A DNA stretch of 64,000 nt from Candidatus Falkowbacteria bacterium (GTDB lineage Bacteria; Patescibacteriota; Patescibacteriia; Patescibacteriales; UBA12465): assembly GCA_037134915.1 (NCBI GenBank), contig JBAXLJ010000002.1:935-64934 (forward strand). Direction: 5' to 3'. Position 1 is the first letter of the stretch; each line of letters begins with the position of its first letter. Below, one piece after another: positions 52,986 through 61,890 of the stretch. The position numbers and the translations under genes were made by a program. The notes under the pieces were generated by a model that made no database searches, was not told where the DNA came from, and worked only from the letters and a program-made list of their open reading frames with translations.

Positions 52986-53468
52986 ATGATTATTTTTATA
53001 AATGGTTCGATTAATTCTGGTAAAAGCACAGTCGCCAAGTTAGTGGCCGACTCTTTGGGTAATACCGCCTTGTTAGAAATCGACAGCTTGCGAGAATTTA
53101 TTAGCTGGCTTCCAATTAAACAAGCAATTCCGCTTAATTTAATTAATGCCGTCTCAGTGATTAATAATTTTTTAAAAAATAAAATTGATGTCATTGTTCC
53201 TTATCCATTATCTCAAGCGAACTATGATTTTTTTCTTCAAGAACTAAAAGATTATCAGTCGAGTATTTTTGCTTTTACTTTAAGTCCTAAATTGGAAGTT
53301 GCTCTTAGTAATCGCGGCACCAGAAATCTTGATGAGGCAGAAAAAGAAAGGATTAAATATCATTATTCCATTGGTATTCCTAAGCCAGACTTTGGAATTA
53401 TTCTAGATAATTCTTTGGAAACACCAGAAGTTACCGCCGCCAAGATTTTAAAAATAATTAATCCCTAA
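52986..53468 (+). CDS. P-loop NTPase / small-molecule kinase-like protein (AAA_33 or chloramphenicol-phosphotransferase-like size and layout)
   Basis: The Walker A motif is at the extreme N terminus: MIIFINGSINSGKSTVAKLVA. 160 aa. Confidence 0.6.
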   Translation: MIIFINGSINSGKSTVAKLVADSLGNTALLEIDSLREFISWLPIKQAIPLNLINAVSVINNFLKNKIDVIVPYPLSQANYDFFLQELKDYQSSIFAFTLSPKLEVALSNRGTRNLDEAEKERIKYHYSIGIPKPDFGIILDNSLETPEVTAAKILKIINP

Positions 53469-53473
53469 CTTAT

Positions 53474-54001
53474 ATGACCTTTGAAAAAACTTTAGCTCTT
53501 CCTAAGATTGATACCGCCAGCTTAGCGAGGTTTACGGCTCTGCTTTCGGTCGCAATTTTAGCCCCCTTGGTTCATAACCAAATTTTGACCGGTTCTTTGG
53601 TTAATGCCACTTTATTTATCGCCGCCGCGACCTTAGGTCTTGGAGCTGCAGTTTTAATTAGTTTTTTGCCAAGTTTATTTGCTCTATTAACCGGCACCCT
53701 GCCTTTAGCCTTAGCGCCACTGTTGCCGTTTATCATGCTCAGTAATATTTTGTTAGTTTTATCTTTTACTGCTTTTTCAAAATCTAATTTTTGGTGGCGC
53801 ATCTCTTTAGCCGCGACCTTAAAATTCGTTTTTCTTTATCTAGTGTCCTCTTTAGCGGTGAAGCTGCTCTTTGGTGGGGCACTTATCGGCGTGGCCACTA
53901 TTATGCTTAGCTGGCCCCAACTTCTAACCGCTTTACTCGGTGGAGTTCTGGCTTTTGTAGTTTTAAAAAATCTCAGTGTTTATGATCAGCAATCAAAATA
54001 A
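53474..54001 (+). CDS. Polytopic membrane protein, hypothetical
   Basis: 175 aa with about five hydrophobic helices. No motif recognised with confidence. Confidence 0.5.
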   Translation: MTFEKTLALPKIDTASLARFTALLSVAILAPLVHNQILTGSLVNATLFIAAATLGLGAAVLISFLPSLFALLTGTLPLALAPLLPFIMLSNILLVLSFTAFSKSNFWWRISLAATLKFVFLYLVSSLAVKLLFGGALIGVATIMLSWPQLLTALLGGVLAFVVLKNLSVYDQQSK

Positions 54002-54815
54002 AGTTAAAATTCTGTGGGGCTTATTTTCTTTAACGGTAATTATTCCTATAGCCGACTTTATCTTAACTTCCTTTGGAATTAATATTCCTTTAGTTGCTGT
54101 CCTAAAATTTATTATCCCACTAGTTATTTTACTGACCCACTCCTTGATACTTTTTAGTCCTTCGCGCAGCGCCTTGCTCTTAGTTCCGCCATTTGTTATT
54201 GGTTTTATTTTTGAAATTATTGGTGTTAATTTTGGAGTCATCTTTGGTGGTAATTATTTCTATAATTGCAGTTTACTCGGTCCTAGTTTTTGCGGTGTCC
54301 CGCTGCTGATTCCATTTTTTTGGTCATTTTTTGTTTACACCGGCTACCTTATAACCTCATCTTTTTTAATTTGGCTAAGGGTTGATAAGCCGTCACCGCA
54401 AAATAAAAAAATCTGGCTTTTGGTCTTACTGATAATTATTGACGGCTTAATTGTAGTTGCTATCGATCTTTTTATGGATCCGATTATGGTGGCGAGTAAC
54501 TATTGGACTTGGACGAGCCGCGGTTCTTATTTTGGCATACCTTTAGGTAATTTTTTTGGTTGGTTCTTGGTCTCAATAATTTCTAGCGGTATTTTTAGAA
54601 TTAGGGAATTCTTCCGACCTTTAAAAACGAGCACTTTACCTGATTCCATATTTCTGATTCCCGTTATCGGTTACGGCGCCCTGGGTCTGATATTTTTAAT
54701 TTTGGCCTTAAAATTAGAATTGGGCCAACTAGCTCTTGTTGGACTGATAATCATGTGGCCGATAGTTTTGCTTAATTTATTCTTGTACTTAAAATATCGT
54801 TATGAAAATAATTAA
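53982..54815 (+). CDS. Polytopic membrane protein (possibly of the carotenoid-biosynthesis-protein/DUF422-like family)
   Basis: Highly hydrophobic. DLFMDPIMVASNYWTW resembles my recollection of that family's motif (low certainty). ATG at 53982; the track's GTG is at 53976. Confidence 0.4.
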   Translation: MISNQNKVKILWGLFSLTVIIPIADFILTSFGINIPLVAVLKFIIPLVILLTHSLILFSPSRSALLLVPPFVIGFIFEIIGVNFGVIFGGNYFYNCSLLGPSFCGVPLLIPFFWSFFVYTGYLITSSFLIWLRVDKPSPQNKKIWLLVLLIIIDGLIVVAIDLFMDPIMVASNYWTWTSRGSYFGIPLGNFFGWFLVSIISSGIFRIREFFRPLKTSTLPDSIFLIPVIGYGALGLIFLILALKLELGQLALVGLIIMWPIVLLNLFLYLKYRYENN

Positions 54816-55461
54816 TAAAAAAATATTTCTGTACTCATCGCTAGCCCTTTGGTTTTTAGCGGCCGCGACCTTAATCGGATTAACTGAGGAAGTTGTTAAC
54901 TTAGAGAGTGTAGTGGCTTTTGACAAATATTGGTCGCTAATTTTTTTAAATTGGCGCAGTGATTTATGGATCTCTATTTTTTCCGTTTTAACCTGGTTAG
55001 GGAATTGGCAATTAGTTGCGCTGTTAATTTTACTAGTCATTTATTTTTTACTGAGAAAAAAACAGCAGACTTTTATTTTGCCTTTTTTGTTTACCATTGC
55101 GAGCGCGGAAACCGTGACTTTTATCGGTAAATTACTAGTCGGACGCTCGCGGCCACTAAGCGCTGCGATTTATGAAACGGATTTTTCTTTTCCCAGTGGA
55201 CACGCCACGATTGCTGTCACTTTTTATGGTTATCTGGCCTATATGCTCTGTAAGTTGGCAAAAAACAAAAAACAGCCAGTGGCTGTTTCGGTGGGTACTT
55301 TGCTAATCGTTTTACTAATTGGCTTTAGTCGTCTATATCTAGGCGTGCATTATATCAGTGATGTTTTGGCTGGCTATCTAGTAGGCTTGCTCGCTTTAAT
55401 CGCCGGTCTTAATTTAAATGAATGGCTGGAAACTAAATCCAATCAAAAATCAAGGCAATAA
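54802..55461 (+). CDS. PAP2-family phosphatase (undecaprenyl-diphosphatase / phosphatidate phosphatase type)
   Basis: KLLVGRSRP, PSGH and SRLYLGVHYISD give the complete KxxxxxxRP / PSGH / SRxxxxxHxxxD signature. Confidence 0.85.
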   Translation: MKIINKKIFLYSSLALWFLAAATLIGLTEEVVNLESVVAFDKYWSLIFLNWRSDLWISIFSVLTWLGNWQLVALLILLVIYFLLRKKQQTFILPFLFTIASAETVTFIGKLLVGRSRPLSAAIYETDFSFPSGHATIAVTFYGYLAYMLCKLAKNKKQPVAVSVGTLLIVLLIGFSRLYLGVHYISDVLAGYLVGLLALIAGLNLNEWLETKSNQKSRQ

Positions 55462-56227
55462 TTGAGATAATAATTAAGAATAAGAAACCGAAAGAAGCCA
55501 GATATAATTTTAGCTTAGATGATTTCCAGATGAAGAATTCACTAAAAGCTGGATAACGTTTCTCAATATATTTGGTGAGTCGATAATTTTCGACTCTTTT
55601 AGCAAAAATATCACTACGAGTTCGGAAATATTGTTTTACAGATTCCTTATGATGTTTGTTGAGCCAGATTAAAAGCGGCAGAACAGTTAAAAGGACTACC
55701 AACCAAGCTAAGCGGTAGCTCCAGCGTTTAATAATTACTAAGAATAAGTTCCCGGAAAAGTGTCCGAGCATCACGTAAAAAATTCCCCAAGCAATGCCGC
55801 TAAAAACATTCCAGGTCCAGAAGGTTTTTTGTTTTAGTTTGGCTAGACCGGCTAAAAAGGGCATAACGGATCTAATGGGTCCGATAAAGCGTCCCCAAAG
55901 CAAACTTTGGTTGCCGTATTTAGTAAAAAAATCTTCACCTTTTTGTAGTAAACTATCTTTCATTAGTTTTTTCCGGCGGATATAATTACCGCCGTGAGTG
56001 CCGATATAGTAACTAATAGCGTCACCAGTAATGGCTCCGGCAATAGAAAATATAATTACCGAGCTTAAAGAAAAATAGCCTTGAGCGGCTGCAAAACCGC
56101 CTAAGGTGACAATTGTGGCTCCAGGCAAGAAAGTACCGATAAATGGCAAGGCCTCAATGGTTGCTCCAATAAAGAATAACCAGGGGCCCAACCAAGCTAA
56201 ATGGCTGGTAAAAAATTCTAAATTCAT
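55433..56227 (-). CDS. DedA-family membrane protein with a C-terminal extension
   Basis: EALPFIGTFLPGATIVTLGGFAAAQG and GRFIGPIRSVMPFLAG are DedA/SNARE-associated motifs. I prefer the ATG at 56227. Confidence 0.75.
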   Translation of the reverse strand: MNLEFFTSHLAWLGPWLFFIGATIEALPFIGTFLPGATIVTLGGFAAAQGYFSLSSVIIFSIAGAITGDAISYYIGTHGGNYIRRKKLMKDSLLQKGEDFFTKYGNQSLLWGRFIGPIRSVMPFLAGLAKLKQKTFWTWNVFSGIAWGIFYVMLGHFSGNLFLVIIKRWSYRLAWLVVLLTVLPLLIWLNKHHKESVKQYFRTRSDIFAKRVENYRLTKYIEKRYPAFSEFFIWKSSKLKLYLASFGFLFLIIISIIALIFDWI

Positions 56228-56302
56228 AGAGACATTATAGCACAACAGTTCTAAAAATTAATTAGATAAAAAAAGAGAGTCATTTTGACTCTCTGTGTCT
56301 GT

Positions 56303-56617
56303 TTATTTTTCGAGATGGATTATCTCCAGAATCTCAAAAGTTTTACAGCTGATGGTTTTTTGGCCACGCTGGGGTGGCGGAAAGGAAATCCTGACCTTAT
56401 TCCAGGGGCTAATAAAATTGGCCTCAGAGCACATCCGTTGGTCGATTGAAAAAATTTCCCTTCGGCCTTCAATCATAAAGTAAATCATGGTATCTCCAAT
56501 AATCTGTGGTTCAACTCGGGAGACTACCCCTTCAATTGTTTTTGGGGCTGTTTCCTTAGCTTGAACGTAGCTGGTAATTAGGAGAATCACTAGCAGTAAA
56601 TGCATTCCTTGCTTCAT
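56303..56617 (-). CDS. Small secreted protein, hypothetical
   Basis: The start at 56617 gives the signal peptide MKQGMHLLLVILLITSYVQA. The track start at 56659 lies only 3 nt beyond the predicted -10 box. Confidence 0.5.
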   Translation of the reverse strand: MKQGMHLLLVILLITSYVQAKETAPKTIEGVVSRVEPQIIGDTMIYFMIEGRREIFSIDQRMCSEANFISPWNKVRISFPPPQRGQKTISCKTFEILEIIHLEK

Positions 56618-56662
56618 TTTTAGATTTTTTTGGTTTTTAATGATACTTATGTACTTCAAATA

Positions 56663-56727
56663 ACTATATTACAAAAACAGGTTTCTGTCAATAGTAATTT
56701 GACAAGCCAGCAGCTAGGTGACAAAAT
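56663..56727. promoter_or_regulatory. Divergent back-to-back promoters sharing the inverted repeat TGTCAA-N7-TTGACA
   Basis: Minus strand: TTGACA (rc of 56686-91), N17, TATAGT (rc of 56663-68). Plus strand: TTGACA at 56699-704, N17, CAAAAT at 56722-27. Confidence 0.6.
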
Positions 56728-56787
56728 GTAAAGTCCTAAAAAATTAGGCAAATTCTTTAACAATCAAAAAAACAGGAGGGTAGTATT

Positions 56788-57771
56788 ATGGAAAATCATT
56801 GGTATTATTGGATGGCTGTTGTTATTGGTGAGCTAGGGGCCGCCACTATTTTTTTAAGCGCCGCTCGGTATAAAATAATTACTTTCGGTGTCTTGGGGGT
56901 TTTTTATATTGTTTTTGCTTCAATTTTCTTTTATTATGCCTTACCGGCACTAAGTCGTCCGCTGCTTGGTTTATTTGGCTTTGCACTTTTTATTTTCTGG
57001 CTTTTAACCTGGTTTGTCTCATCAGTTTTGCCTAAAGAAGCTGGTCCTCATAAATTAAAGAATTATCAAGAGTGGCCGCCAATTATTTACGCGGTTATTA
57101 TGATGATTATTTTCTTTGCAGATGTTTATGGACTGGGCATCGAAAATAAAATTATAATTAACGCTAATTTAGAGAGTGAAGTAAAAAAATATTGGTCTTG
57201 TGATCCTGAACTTAAAAAAATTATTCCTCAAGACCTAGCGATTACTTACGCCGAAAGAGCTTTGGGTAATACAGATCTGGAAAAATATTTTATGATTGAT
57301 AAGACTCACATTACTCTTCAGATAAATAAAGGCGTTTATTGGTATCTGGTTCCTTTAGAATTTAAAGATGACAGAAGTTGGCAAGAAAAATTAGAAATCC
57401 CCGGCTATTATAAGATTTTAGCTGGTGATCCGCTGGCTAATCCAGTTTTAGTTGATGGTCTTAAGATAAGGTATACGCCCGGTGCTTCGTTTGATAAAAA
57501 TTTGGGCCGGAAACTTTATTTTGATTATTTTAACCGTTTTTTGTCCGTCAATTCTTTTCAGGAAGATGATAACGGCCGTGTTTTTTGGATCATAGATGTT
57601 ACCAAAACTAATTTTTTCTCTTGGGATAATCAAAAAGAGGGGATAATTATTTATGACCCAGAAACCGGTGGTCACGAATATGTGCCTCAAAATAAACTCT
57701 CAGGGTCGCAGTATTCCTGGATTGATGGGAGTATTCCGACCAAGGTCTTTCAAAATTTAATTTTAGACTAA
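56788..57771 (+). CDS. Membrane protein, hypothetical (N-terminal TM bundle plus soluble domain)
   Basis: RBS acaggagggtagtattATG. Four hydrophobic helices are followed by a ~200-aa hydrophilic domain. Confidence 0.55.
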   Translation: MENHWYYWMAVVIGELGAATIFLSAARYKIITFGVLGVFYIVFASIFFYYALPALSRPLLGLFGFALFIFWLLTWFVSSVLPKEAGPHKLKNYQEWPPIIYAVIMMIIFFADVYGLGIENKIIINANLESEVKKYWSCDPELKKIIPQDLAITYAERALGNTDLEKYFMIDKTHITLQINKGVYWYLVPLEFKDDRSWQEKLEIPGYYKILAGDPLANPVLVDGLKIRYTPGASFDKNLGRKLYFDYFNRFLSVNSFQEDDNGRVFWIIDVTKTNFFSWDNQKEGIIIYDPETGGHEYVPQNKLSGSQYSWIDGSIPTKVFQNLILD

Positions 57772-57781
57772 TTCGAATTTT

Positions 57782-57816
57782 AGGCTCAGCTATTAAACGC
57801 TGAGCCTCTTTTTTTT
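57782..57816 (+). terminator. Terminator
   Basis: aggctcagc / gctgagcct perfect 9-bp stem plus T8. Confidence 0.85.
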
Positions 57817-57820
57817 GGCA

Positions 57821-57850
57821 TAATGACCTCTAATGACCCTTATTGACCTA
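57821..57850 (+). repeat. Three tandem 10-bp direct repeats (TAATGACCTC TAATGACCCT TATTGACCTA), operator/iteron-like
   Basis: Read directly from the sequence. The third repeat supplies the -35 TTGACC of the HTH gene promoter. Confidence 0.7.
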
Positions 57851-57872
57851 TAAACCCATAAAAAGGTATAAT
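57843..57872 (+). promoter_or_regulatory. Promoter TTGACC-N18-TATAAT, predicted to give a leaderless mRNA
   Basis: TTGACC at 57843-48 and TATAAT at 57867-72. The ATG at 57879 begins 7 nt after the -10 box. Confidence 0.65.
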
Positions 57873-57878
57873 AATTGT

Positions 57879-58127
57879 ATGACTGAAGAAATTAAACCAA
57901 ACGCCGTTTACACCACCAGTGAAACGGAAAAAATCTTAAAGATTAGTAATAGCACTTTAAAGCGCCTGCTAAAACAGGGGCTACTTAAGGCTAATAAAGT
58001 GGGGAAGCAATACCGCATTTTGGGACTTGAGATTTTAAAATTAGTTTCGCCGACGGTTGAGAAAAAAGCGGTTGCGGCTTATTTAGATTTGAAAAATAAA
58101 GTTATTGAAAAAACTAAAGGGTGGTAA
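57879..58127 (+). CDS. Excisionase/MerR-type helix-turn-helix DNA-binding protein
   Basis: VYTTSETEKILKISNSTLKRLLKQGLLKANKVGKQYRI matches the HTH_17 (excisionase family) pattern. The track's TTG start at 57843 overlaps the promoter and is rejected. Confidence 0.7.
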   Translation: MTEEIKPNAVYTTSETEKILKISNSTLKRLLKQGLLKANKVGKQYRILGLEILKLVSPTVEKKAVAAYLDLKNKVIEKTKGW

Positions 58128-58138
58128 GGATATTTAGT

Positions 58139-59347
58139 ATGAAGAAAATCCTGATAATAAATACAACTCTAAATAAGGGCGGAGCGGCTAGAGTCGCTTA
58201 TGATATTTTTGAAAATCTAAATTCTGATTTTGAGATTTTTTTTGCTTACGGTCGCGGCGCTAAAAACGCTGATTCTAAAACTTTTTATTTTGGCAATAAA
58301 CTGGAAATGTTAATCCACATCTTTTTAGTCAGATTTTTAGGCTTAGAAGGTTATGGCACTTATTTTTCCACCAGAAAACTAATTAAATTTATTAAAAAAG
58401 GGAACTTTGATTTAATCAATCTCCATAATTTACACGGTTATTATCTAAATTTTTTCAAGTTGCTTAATTTTCTTAAGAAGTTGGATGTCCCTATTATTTA
58501 TTCCTTGCACGATGAGTGGCCGATTACTTGGTTACCGGCGCACAGTCTGGGTTGTTCTCACTGCAAAACCGGGCAAGGTCAGTGTTCTAATACTTATTCA
58601 TACCCCAAAAACTATTTACCTTTATTTTCAAAATACATGCTACTTAAAAAGCAAGCGGTTTTTTCTAGTTTAGAAAAAACGTCGATTGTTTGTCCTTCGA
58701 TTTGGTTAAAAGAGCAAATAGCCAAGTCATACTTAAACAAATTTAAGATTGACATCATTTATAATGGCGTTGATACTGATATTTTTCAGCCAGCACCAGA
58801 CAAGGATAGTTTAAGAACAAAATATACTTTGCCGCTCGATAAAAAAATCATCACTTTTTCCGCTTCCAATTTAAATGATAGTAGTAAAGGTATTAATTAT
58901 ATAATTGAAGCAGCTCATAACCTAAGAGATAAAAATTATTTATTTGTGGGTCTAGGGGCGGGTGAAATAAATAATATTCATAACATTAAAACTCTAGGCT
59001 ATATTTATGATAAACAAAAACTCGCCGAGCTTTATGCTTTAAGTGATTTGTATTGTTTTGCTTCCGCCGCTGAAACTTTTTTGTTATCCGCCGCCGAGGC
59101 GCTCGCTTGTGGTGTGCCGGTTATCGGTTTTGATTTACCGGTGGTTAGAGAACTGGTTACTCCGGCTGTTGGCTTATTAACCGAGAATAATAGTGAAAAT
59201 TTAGCCAAATCAATGACTTATTTATTGCATAATGAAGATGAACTAAGAAATCTGGGCCAAGCCGGGCGTCAATTAATTGAAAATAATTATTCTAAGAAAA
59301 TTTTTTATACTAGCTACCTAAATTTATATAATAAGTCTTTAAAGTAA
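58139..59347 (+). CDS. Glycosyltransferase, GT4 (GT-B fold) family
   Basis: MKKILIINTTLNKGGAARV at the N terminus and the C-terminal EX7E-type region AETFLLSAAEALACGVPVIGFD. Confidence 0.8.
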   Translation: MKKILIINTTLNKGGAARVAYDIFENLNSDFEIFFAYGRGAKNADSKTFYFGNKLEMLIHIFLVRFLGLEGYGTYFSTRKLIKFIKKGNFDLINLHNLHGYYLNFFKLLNFLKKLDVPIIYSLHDEWPITWLPAHSLGCSHCKTGQGQCSNTYSYPKNYLPLFSKYMLLKKQAVFSSLEKTSIVCPSIWLKEQIAKSYLNKFKIDIIYNGVDTDIFQPAPDKDSLRTKYTLPLDKKIITFSASNLNDSSKGINYIIEAAHNLRDKNYLFVGLGAGEINNIHNIKTLGYIYDKQKLAELYALSDLYCFASAAETFLLSAAEALACGVPVIGFDLPVVRELVTPAVGLLTENNSENLAKSMTYLLHNEDELRNLGQAGRQLIENNYSKKIFYTSYLNLYNKSLK

Positions 59348-59351
59348 CTTT

Positions 59352-60884
59352 GTGATTAATACCACCGCTCAAAACACAATCAAGAATTCAATTTATAACT
59401 TCATCGGTTTTTTGCTGCCGATTTTAATCCTGGTCATTTTTACGCCGATTATTATTTCTAAATTGGGCGTTAGAGATTATGGTATTTTTATTTTCTTAAA
59501 TACGGTCTTAACCTTTTTAGGTCTGCTGGATCTAGGTATTGGCACGGCCACTAATAAACACGTCATTGAATATTACTCAACTAATCAAACTGATAGACTT
59601 AAGAAGTTATTGTATTCAATGAACTCGATTTATTTGATAATGGCCTTTGTTTATCTATTCGTCTGTATAACGATTGGCCTTGTGATGCAGAAATTTTTTG
59701 TTAAGCCAGGCACGGAGACTGACTATTTCATTCTCTTTTTAATCCTTGGTTTAACTGGTTTCGTTGGCGCTTTCTTTGCGAATTTTAATAATTCAATAAT
59801 TGCCATGCAAAGATATGATATTTATTTAAAGATTAGCAGCATATTTTTGCTGTTATCCAATATTAGCATGCTGGTTTTAGCTTCTTTGGGCTATAAGTTG
59901 GTACCAATTTTAGCTGTCCAGCTCTTTTTATCTCTGTTTAGTGGTTTATCATTTTTTTTCATTGCCAAAAAGGTTCTCAGTTCTCTAAAATTAAAATACG
60001 CCTGGGACAAAATTGAACTAATTAAAAATTATAAATTTGCTTTGCCGGTGGCTTTCAACAACTTGGCCAGTTCTTCGCTGGTTCATTTTGATAAGCTGCT
60101 GGTGCCTATGTTTTACGGTAGTGCCGCCTTAACTTATTACAGCGTGCCGGGTAGCGTAGCTACTAAGATTTCCACTATTTCTGGAACTTTTTCTTCTTTG
60201 TTATTTCCCATTACAGTTAATCTCCAGGCCTTAAATGATACGGAAAAAATTAAGCGGGTGTATATTAGATCAGTTCGATTGATTACAATCCTGTCTTCAG
60301 CTATTGCTTTATCAATTATTTTTACAGCCGATAAAATTTTACTTTATTGGTTGAATGATAGTTTTGTAAAACAATCAGCCGTTGTTTTAATCCTCTTAGT
60401 TTTAACTAATTTTGTTCTAGCTTTATTTAGCCCCTTGTCTAATCTTTTAATGGCCATGAATAAGATGCGATTTTTAACTACCGGTTCAGTTATTATGGCT
60501 TTAATTAATATTATTACGCTTTTTATCTTCTTACCAAAGTATGGCATTAACGGCGCAGCCCTGTCTTATTTGATCTCGGTATTATTTGTTTTTTATATGT
60601 TCCATTTTGCCGAGAAAAAATATTTTAGTATCAAAGAGAATATTCATCTGAAGCTACTGATTAAAATAATATTAACTACTATTCCATTTTTTGTAATTAC
60701 TAGATTTTTGCTTTACCCTCTAATTACTAGTTTTGTAACGCTCGCCTTAGTTGGTCCGACCTGTGTTTTGTTGTTCTTACTGTTGTATAAAGTCTTAGGT
60801 TTTGTGGAGATAGAAGACTGGCGCGATTTTCTTCTTTCCTTTAGAAATATTTTAGTGAAATTAAAATTAAAAAATAATTTATAA
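59352..60884 (+). CDS. Polysaccharide/oligosaccharide flippase (Wzx/MOP superfamily)
   Basis: 510 aa with ~12-14 hydrophobic helices, GTG start, embedded in a glycan-synthesis cluster. Confidence 0.65.
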   Translation: MINTTAQNTIKNSIYNFIGFLLPILILVIFTPIIISKLGVRDYGIFIFLNTVLTFLGLLDLGIGTATNKHVIEYYSTNQTDRLKKLLYSMNSIYLIMAFVYLFVCITIGLVMQKFFVKPGTETDYFILFLILGLTGFVGAFFANFNNSIIAMQRYDIYLKISSIFLLLSNISMLVLASLGYKLVPILAVQLFLSLFSGLSFFFIAKKVLSSLKLKYAWDKIELIKNYKFALPVAFNNLASSSLVHFDKLLVPMFYGSAALTYYSVPGSVATKISTISGTFSSLLFPITVNLQALNDTEKIKRVYIRSVRLITILSSAIALSIIFTADKILLYWLNDSFVKQSAVVLILLVLTNFVLALFSPLSNLLMAMNKMRFLTTGSVIMALINIITLFIFLPKYGINGAALSYLISVLFVFYMFHFAEKKYFSIKENIHLKLLIKIILTTIPFFVITRFLLYPLITSFVTLALVGPTCVLLFLLLYKVLGFVEIEDWRDFLLSFRNILVKLKLKNNL

Positions 60885-60887
60885 TAT

Positions 60888-61883
60888 ATGCCAAATAAAA
60901 AAGCTTTAGTTACTGGCGGCGCTGGTTTCATTGGTTCTCATCTGGTTGACGAATTATTAAAATTGAATCTAGATGTTGTTGTTATTGACGATTTAAGTGG
61001 CGGATTTGTTGAAAATGTAAACAAGGATGTTAAGTTCATCCAAGGCGATATCGGAGATGTTGAGTTTATCAATAATATTTTCAAAGAAGAGCGATTTGAT
61101 TACGTCTTTCATTTAGCAGCCTACGCCGCCGAGGGTCTGAGCCATTTTATTAAGCACTTTAATTACCAGAACAATCTAATTGGAAGCGTTAATCTTATTA
61201 ACGCCTCAATAAATAATGATATTAAGTGTTTTGTTTTTACTTCTTCGATCGCCGTTTATGGAGCTGGACAATTACCGATGATTGAAAGCACCAAACCTCA
61301 ACCGGAAGATTCTTATGGTATCTCTAAATATGCCATTGAGCTTGAGCTGGAAGCAAGTCATAAAATGTTTGGCCTTAATTATATAATTTTCAGGCCTCAT
61401 AACGTTTACGGAGAACGTCAAAATATCGGCGATAAATATCGCAACGTAGTTGGTATTTTTATGAATCAAATAATGCAGGATAAGCCTTTAACTATTTTTG
61501 GTGACGGCAATCAACAGCGCGCCTTTACCTATATCGGCGATGTGGCGCCAATAATTGCTAACTCTATTTTTAATGAATCGGCCTATAATGATATTTTTAA
61601 CATTGGAGCTAATACTTTTGCAACTGTAAACAAATTGGTAAATGTCGTCTCTGAAGCTATGGGTGCGGAGGCAAAAACAAATTATCTACCGGCCAGAAAC
61701 GAAGTAGTTAGTGCTTATTCTGACCACAGTAAAGTCCAAAGAATCTTAGGCTATCAAGATTTAACCTCTTTGGAGGATGGGGTGAAGAAGATGGCTTCTT
61801 GGGCCAAAGAAGAAGGCGCAAAGCAAAGTAAAAAATTTGAAAATATTGAGATTTTAAAAAATTTACCGCCATCTTGGGCTTAA
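60888..61883 (+). CDS. NAD-dependent sugar-nucleotide epimerase/dehydratase (SDR family)
   Basis: VTGGAGFIGSHLV and the catalytic YGISKYAIE (YxxxK). Confidence 0.85.
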   Translation: MPNKKALVTGGAGFIGSHLVDELLKLNLDVVVIDDLSGGFVENVNKDVKFIQGDIGDVEFINNIFKEERFDYVFHLAAYAAEGLSHFIKHFNYQNNLIGSVNLINASINNDIKCFVFTSSIAVYGAGQLPMIESTKPQPEDSYGISKYAIELELEASHKMFGLNYIIFRPHNVYGERQNIGDKYRNVVGIFMNQIMQDKPLTIFGDGNQQRAFTYIGDVAPIIANSIFNESAYNDIFNIGANTFATVNKLVNVVSEAMGAEAKTNYLPARNEVVSAYSDHSKVQRILGYQDLTSLEDGVKKMASWAKEEGAKQSKKFENIEILKNLPPSWA

Positions 61884-61890
61884 AATTTGT

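Noticed and set aside
57879-58127. The excisionase-family HTH gene as a marker of a prophage or of the missing recombination machinery for the tRNA-Ser island.
   Set aside because: It lies 24 kb from the island, is not adjacent to any integrase, and heads a glycan-biosynthesis cluster. HTH_17-type domains are common stand-alone regulators.
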